Shown here in pieces: positions 57,325 through 64,000 of a DNA stretch of 64,000 nt (position 1 is its first letter; the number at the start of each line of letters is the position of its first letter). The position numbers and the translations under genes were made by a program. The stretch comes from Eledone cirrhosa (Eukaryota), in assembly GCA_964016885.1 (NCBI GenBank), contig OZ024765.1, forward strand, positions 2,542,001-2,606,000. The letters are read 5' to 3'. Below the pieces are notes generated by a model. That model ran no database searches, was not told the DNA's origin, and saw only the letters and a program-made list of their open reading frames with translations.

Positions 57325-57647
57325 CGATCCACACCACCCCGTTCTATGTAAAGTTATGTTGGTGCCGCGCCATCGAGGCCGAAACAAATGAGATCGTGTA
57401 GGTGTCACGACAAAAAAACACACAGTCCACGCTGTAATGTGGCCGTGTAGGCAACACGGTAAAAACCTCCCAGACCCACACTGTAAATGTGGTTGGTGTT
57501 AGGAAGGGCATCCAACTGTAGAAAACCTGCCAGACAGTCCTATGCGAGCAAGACAATCACTCTTGCCTCAAGTGGGACTACCCCCGTCCAAACCCATGCA
57601 AGCGTGGAACACGGACGTTAAACGTTGATGATGATGATGATGATGAT
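57325..57647 (+). mobile_element. V-domain-like SINE with RTE-type (GAT)n tail
   Basis: ggtgttaggaagggcatcca.ctgtagaaa core and cccatgc..gcgtggaa..ggacgttaaacg(atg)n tail. Copies at 55900-56130, 57760-57812, 58460-58612 and 60775-60940 (-). Confidence 0.65.
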
Positions 57648-57676
57648 ATATATATATACATACATATATATATATT

Positions 57677-57708
<32 letters not shown>

Positions 57709-58665
57709 CATACATATATATATATTTATATACATATACATATATGTATGTATATCAGCCTCCAAACCCATGCAAGCGTGGAAGATGGACATTAAACGAT
57801 GATGATGATGATGATATATATACATACATATATACATGCATATATATTTTTTTTTTATACATATACACACACACACATATATATATATTTATATACATAT
57901 ATATACACACACACACATATATATATATATATAAATTAGCCTTCAAATCATTTATAATATCTTACACATGTTCCAAGAGAGTCAGGACATGTGTAAGAAA
58001 TTAAATATGACTTAAACACTAATTTTTCCATATATATATTTGATTATATTAGCTGTGTTTTTATGGCTGCCTGTCCAACACCCCCTAAATCTACCTTTCC
58101 TTCAGAGTAATACAAAATATAAACACATTGAACTAATTCGGAAAAGACCTGGCAATTATATACAATTCTCTATATACTTTTGAGCTTTGTATATATAGTT
58201 TTACCTTTACTATATATATATATATATATAAATGAAGTAATTCCGTCGGAAAGGTCCAGGAAAAAAGAGTGCTCTATGTAGGCTACAGAGCTTATTAGTT
58301 ATGTAATAAACAACATAAGATAATTATTTCATTTACTAGTGGTTTCTTGAAAGCAACCAAAATTGCTTTCAATCATCAGAATGAAAAAATCCTGGTGTCT
58401 TTATTGACAGTGGAAATCCACTGTCAATAAAGACTCTTTTCCTATTACATATGTGTGTGTGGTTGGTGTTAGGAAGGGCATCCAGCCGTAGAAAACCCGC
58501 CAGACAGTCCCGAGCAAGACAACCAATGTTGCCTCAAGTGGGACAATTCCCGTCCAGACCCATGCTAGCGTGGAAGATGGACGTTAAACGATGATGATGA
58601 TGATGATGATGATATATACATATATATATAGAGAGAGATATACATATATGAGTTCAGATTTAACT

Positions 58666-58966
58666 GAGTAATGTAAATGTTATGTGAGATATTATGTGAG
58701 GTAAAGCCTTTACTGTGAAAATACAATAGTATATATAGAGTAATATAAATGTTATGTGAGATATTATGTGAGGTAAAGCCTCTACTGTGAAAATACAACA
58801 GTATATATAGAGTAATGTAAATGGTATGTGAGATATTATGTGAGGTAAAGCCTTTACTGTGAATATACAATAGTATATATAGAGTAATGTAAATGTTATG
58901 TGAGATATTATGTGAGGTAAAGCCTCTACTGTGAAAATACAATAGTAAATATAGAGTAATGTAAAT
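58666..58966. repeat. 72-bp tandem repeat, ~4 units
   Basis: gagtaatgtaaatgttatgtgagatattatgtgaggtaaagcct... repeated. Confidence 0.9.
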
Positions 58967-59926
58967 GGTAAAGGGTTAATCGACTTTCCCTTCACCAAAA
59001 TTGTTGGCCTTGTGGCTAGCTCAGAAACTATTATTATTTCAGTATTTTATCCAATTCCTCACCGTCTGTCCCATTCTATGCCATTCAATCACAGCCAACG
59101 TGGTGCGGTGTGGTGCGATGCGGTGTCTTTTCTCTTTAAAACATATTTTTTATTCACATAAAGTGGGTTTCAGACCAGTCCTCACTATAAATTTACGACC
59201 GTAAACCTTTTCTTTTCATGCCAGACCCTACCCTGCTTCACCCCTACCCACACATACATAAAATCACTGACAAGCTTCCGGAAATTTCTGTTTACCATTG
59301 TTGTTGTTGTTGTTGTTGTATTTCTATAGATATATACATTTTTTATTCCAGTACACTTCATTTCACATCCATCGGTAATGTTGTTAACCGACTTATTTCA
59401 AATATATATACATATATACAAAAGTGCTTATATATATATATGTATGTATGGATGTGTGTATGTGAGTGTATATGTACTTACATATATGTATATACATATA
59501 TATTTGTATATATTTGTATATACATATATATATTTATGTACTTACATTTATGTATATACTTATATATATATTATATATGTATGTACTATATATATATATA
59601 TATAGTTATATATGTATATTTAAATGTGTATATATATATGTATATACATATTATATATATATTATATATATTTATTATATATTTATTATATATATATTAT
59701 ATATATTTATTATATATTTATTATATATATATATATATATATATATAATAAATATATATAATATATATATATATAATATGTATATACATTTATATATACA
59801 TATATAACTATATATATATATATATATATAGTACATACATATATAATATATATATATATATATATTTATATAAATATATATATGTATATATATTTATATA
59901 AATATATATATATTTATATATATATT

Positions 59927-59994
<68 letters not shown>

Positions 59995-60076
59995 AATATA
60001 TATATATATATTTATATAAATATATATATATATATATATTTATATAAATATATATATATAAATATATATATTTATA

Positions 60077-60114
<38 letters not shown>

Positions 60115-60132
60115 AATATATATATATATATT

Positions 60133-60203
<71 letters not shown>

Positions 60204-60204
60204 T

Positions 60205-60273
<69 letters not shown>

Positions 60274-60302
60274 TTATATAAATATATATATATATATATA
60301 TT

Positions 60303-60340
<38 letters not shown>

Positions 60341-60695
60341 AATATAAATATATATATATATTTATATATAAATATATATATATATTATATATATTTATTA
60401 TATATATATCCTTTTAGGAAATCAAACAATTAAGGGATATAATAATAATAATAAACTTACCATCTATAGTTTAGCTCAGATGTTAAATATTAAAAGGTAA
60501 TAAAGGTTTTATATACAATAACAATAACAACAACAGCAGCAGCAATAATAGGTGTAAAATTAACAACAGTAGTGACAACAACAACATTAGCAACAGTATG
60601 TGTGTGTGTATGTATGTGTGTATGTGTGTGTGTGTAAGGGTTTATATGCATAAACATATGTGTGTATGCATATATATACATATATTTCTTTCTCC

Positions 60696-60775
<80 letters not shown>

Positions 60776-61168
60776 TCATTTCATCATCATTTCATTTTAC
60801 GTCCACTTTTCCCTGCTTGCAAGGGTGGGACGGGAACTGATTCTGGCTTGATTTCTACAGCTGGATGCCCTTCCTAACACCAACCTCATTTACAGTGAGT
60901 GCTGGGTGCTTTTTTGCCGTAGCACCTCCACGACCACTTTACAGTGGAATGATAGGGACCCCAGTCCCTATCATCTCATTTCTACAGCTGAGTAAACTGA
61001 AGCAATGTGAAATAAAGTGTCTTGCTCAAGGAAACAACACATCACCCGGTCTGAGAATTGAACTCACAACCTTTCGATTGCAAGGCCAATGATCTAACCA
61101 CTAAGCCATGTGCCTCTACAATATATATATATACACACGACGCACACACATATGTATGTTTGTTTCTG

Positions 61169-61206
<38 letters not shown>

Positions 61207-62224
61207 CACACACACATGTATGTTTGTGTCTGTCTGTATATATATATGTATGTAGTCATAGATACATATATATATATACATACATAAATATACATATATG
61301 CACATATATATATATACACATACACACCTACATATGAAAAGGTTATTTTGCTTGTTATTCCTTTGAACTATAATGAAGAATAATATATACTCTACAATAT
61401 ATATATATAGTACATAATATATATATACTATACAGTATATATATATACTATATGATATATATACTATACAGTATATATATATACTATATAATATATATAT
61501 ATATACTATATAATATATATATATATATATATACACTATACAGTGTATATACCAGACAGTATATATAATTGACAAGAGTCACAAACATTACACAGTTAAT
61601 TAGAAATGAAACCTTCAACTGGTAGATGGCATAGGTAACAATGTTGACAGTGTGATGGTGTTAAAGATATTTATGAAGTATTTATGTTATACCCTAGGGA
61701 TATAACCTATTACACAAGTAACATAAACCCTGATGAGTAAACTGAGAATCCTGTAATGATTAATTAAGAAAAATATAAATATACATAAAAATGAACGAGG
61801 AATTTTTAAGAAAATAACTGTTTCCACTTTTGGCACAAGGCCAGCAATTATCTCAGTGTGTTACTGGTACTTTATTTTATCAACCCCGTAGGATCAAAGA
61901 CAAAGTTAACCTCAGCGCCATTTGAAAAATAAACGAGGAATTTTTAAGAAAATAACGCAATATTCTCTTCTGGCTCTGTACGATATCAGTTCATCTGTCG
62001 TTAATGTTGGATTTCATAGGTTTTTTGTTGTTGTTTTTTTTGTGTAATTGGTATTAGCTATGTGGTAACGAAAGGGTTAAGGTGTGAATATTTTTGTCCA
62101 AAAATTTCCCATCATATTTTTACATAAGAAATTGTATCGTTCTAAACACCAAAACTCCCTCTACATTCTTAAAAATAATAATAATAGTGATAAAAATGAT
62201 TGTGTACAGTGCTCAGCTGCACTA

Positions 62225-62735
62225 CTACTATATATTTAAATCTCTCCAAATTCTTAATTACTTTTTAAATGATACAAAAACCCTAAACAGCATATCTTTT
62301 GTTAGAAATGTGGTAATGAAAGTGTTAAGTTATGTTCCAAACACCAGCTTAGTAACGAGATAGTTAGTTATATTACTAAATCTCTCCAAATTCTTAATTA
62401 CTTAAAAGGTTCTTTGCAAACCATAGACACTATATCTTCCATTAGAAATATGGTAATGGAAGTGTTAAGTTATGTTCCAAATGCCAACTTAATAATGAGT
62501 TAGTTATATTACTAAATTCCTCCAAATTCTTAATTATTCAAGAAGTTGTTTGCAAGCCATAGACACTATATCTTCCATTAGAAATATGGTAATGGAAGTG
62601 TTAAGTTATGTTCCAAATGCCAACTTAATAATGAGTTAGTTATATTACTAAATCCCTCCAAATTCTTAATTATTCAAGAAGTTGTTTGCAACCCATAGAC
62701 ACTATATCTTCCATTAGAAATGTGCTAATGAAAGT
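62225..62735. repeat. 136-bp tandem repeat, ~3.5 units
   Basis: tatatcttccattagaaat recurs at 62431, 62567 and 62703. Confidence 0.85.
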
Positions 62736-63384
62736 CTTTAAGCCTTTAAGCTAATGTCAGCAATTTAATAAAAAAATTACATTTGCATAGAAATGCATTT
62801 GAGAAATTCCAGATGTGAAATATTTTCTCAGAGCAAAACGCCACCCTCAGAGGTTCTTCTGCACTTGCTGTACTCTCTTGGAATTAAAAACATTCTCTCA
62901 GCCACCCAGATAGACAGCTACATCCCCAAACCTCCAGGTAGAGGTTTGTTCATTTGTTCACCTGTTCTGCGTGTTTGATTTCGTTTTTTTTTTGTTTTTT
63001 TTTTTTGTTCCTTCCTTCCTTCCTTTCTACCCACCTTTGTTCTGTGATATAATGATATCTATCTGCTTACTGTTGAATATCAGACCAACATGGCCACCAT
63101 TGTAGTTACCATGGTGGAATCACCACCTTCCTGGCATCTCTTCCGTGGTGGGGTTGTACTTAACAATTGTTTCTGCTGATGGGCACAAGGCCAGAAGCTT
63201 CAAGGGAAGGAAAAAGTCAAGTATATCAACCCCAGTATTTCACTGGCACTTTAGTTTATCAACCCCAGTATTTCACTGGCACTTTAGTTTATCAACCCCA
63301 ATATTTTACTGATACTGTATTTTATCAACCCTAGTATTTCACTGGTACTATATTATATCAAACTCCAGTATTTCACTGGTATTA

Positions 63385-63571
63385 CAGTGAAATTCCGTTA
63401 TAACGAAATTCACAATATATAAAAAAAATTTGTTGTAATGAAAAATTGTTTATAACGAGTTCGACCAAAACAAATCCAGCGTTTGTTTGTTGTTACCTTA
63501 GGGATTGAAAAACATTTTGTTTTACTGAAAAATTCGTTATAATGGTATTTGTTATAACAGAATTTTACCTG
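63385..63571. mobile_element. pogo/Tigger-like MITE
   Basis: ta|cagtgaaattccgttataac ... gttataacagaattttacctg with internal gttataac repeats. Confidence 0.7.
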
Positions 63572-63639
63572 TTTAATATATTAACCTCAGTACTTGACTG
63601 GTACAATTTTTTATCAACAGATGAGAAGGCTTTTTATAG

Positions 63640-64000
63640 GTGTCAAAGATATGACAACTTCCCTAGTGTCGATCTCACAATCAAATGTCCCCAGTACATT
63701 CTATAAAGTGGTTGGTGATAGAAAAGGCATACAACTACAGCAAACCTGCTGAACAAAGGGTCAGGAGGACTCTGCAGCTGTCTCAAAGACATGACAACCT
63801 CCCTACTGGTGGTGATAGAAAGGGGACCCAGCTTTAGAAAACCTGCCAAACATAGGGTCGAGAGGATCTGCAGGTGTGTCAAAGACATGACAACCTCCCT
63901 ACTGGTGGTGATAGAAAGGGGACCAGGCTTTAGAAAACCTGCCAAACATAGGGTCGAGAGGATCTGCAGGTGTGTCAAAGACATGACAACCTCCCTACTG
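63640..64000. repeat. 96-bp tandem repeat running off the window
   Basis: ggtgtgtcaaagacatgacaacctccctactg at 63873 and 63969, with diverged upstream units. Confidence 0.85.

Noticed and set aside
62793-62978. Next IP3R-like exon
   Set aside because: No IP3R similarity in any frame, and the phase-2 frame is closed by a stop.

Overview
Eukaryotic, repeat-saturated animal DNA. The SINE families and extreme (TA)n/(CATA)n/(GATA)n density suggest a coleoid cephalopod, probably an octopod (inference). Nearly all ORFs in the supplied track are microsatellite artefacts. One convincing host coding exon is present: a first coding exon at 55252-55346 (+) matching the N-terminus of an IP3-receptor-family channel, with a candidate 5' UTR exon about 31 kb upstream. 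The rest is Meta/MESC-core, CORE-like and V-like SINEs, decayed RTE, CR1, Tx1 and RLE-type (R4/NeSL-like) LINE fragments, Tc1/mariner, pogo and hAT MITEs, and minisatellites, several of them born inside retroelements. The most striking unannotated signal is a dense set of hammerhead ribozyme (HHR) motifs from several unrelated, Penelope-like/retrozyme-like small element families in (TA)n tracts. Five are complete or nearly so. Many others have been turned into long palindromes centred on HHR stem II, where a fold-back copy replaces the catalytic CUGANGA strand. All folds were done by eye; no searches were run.
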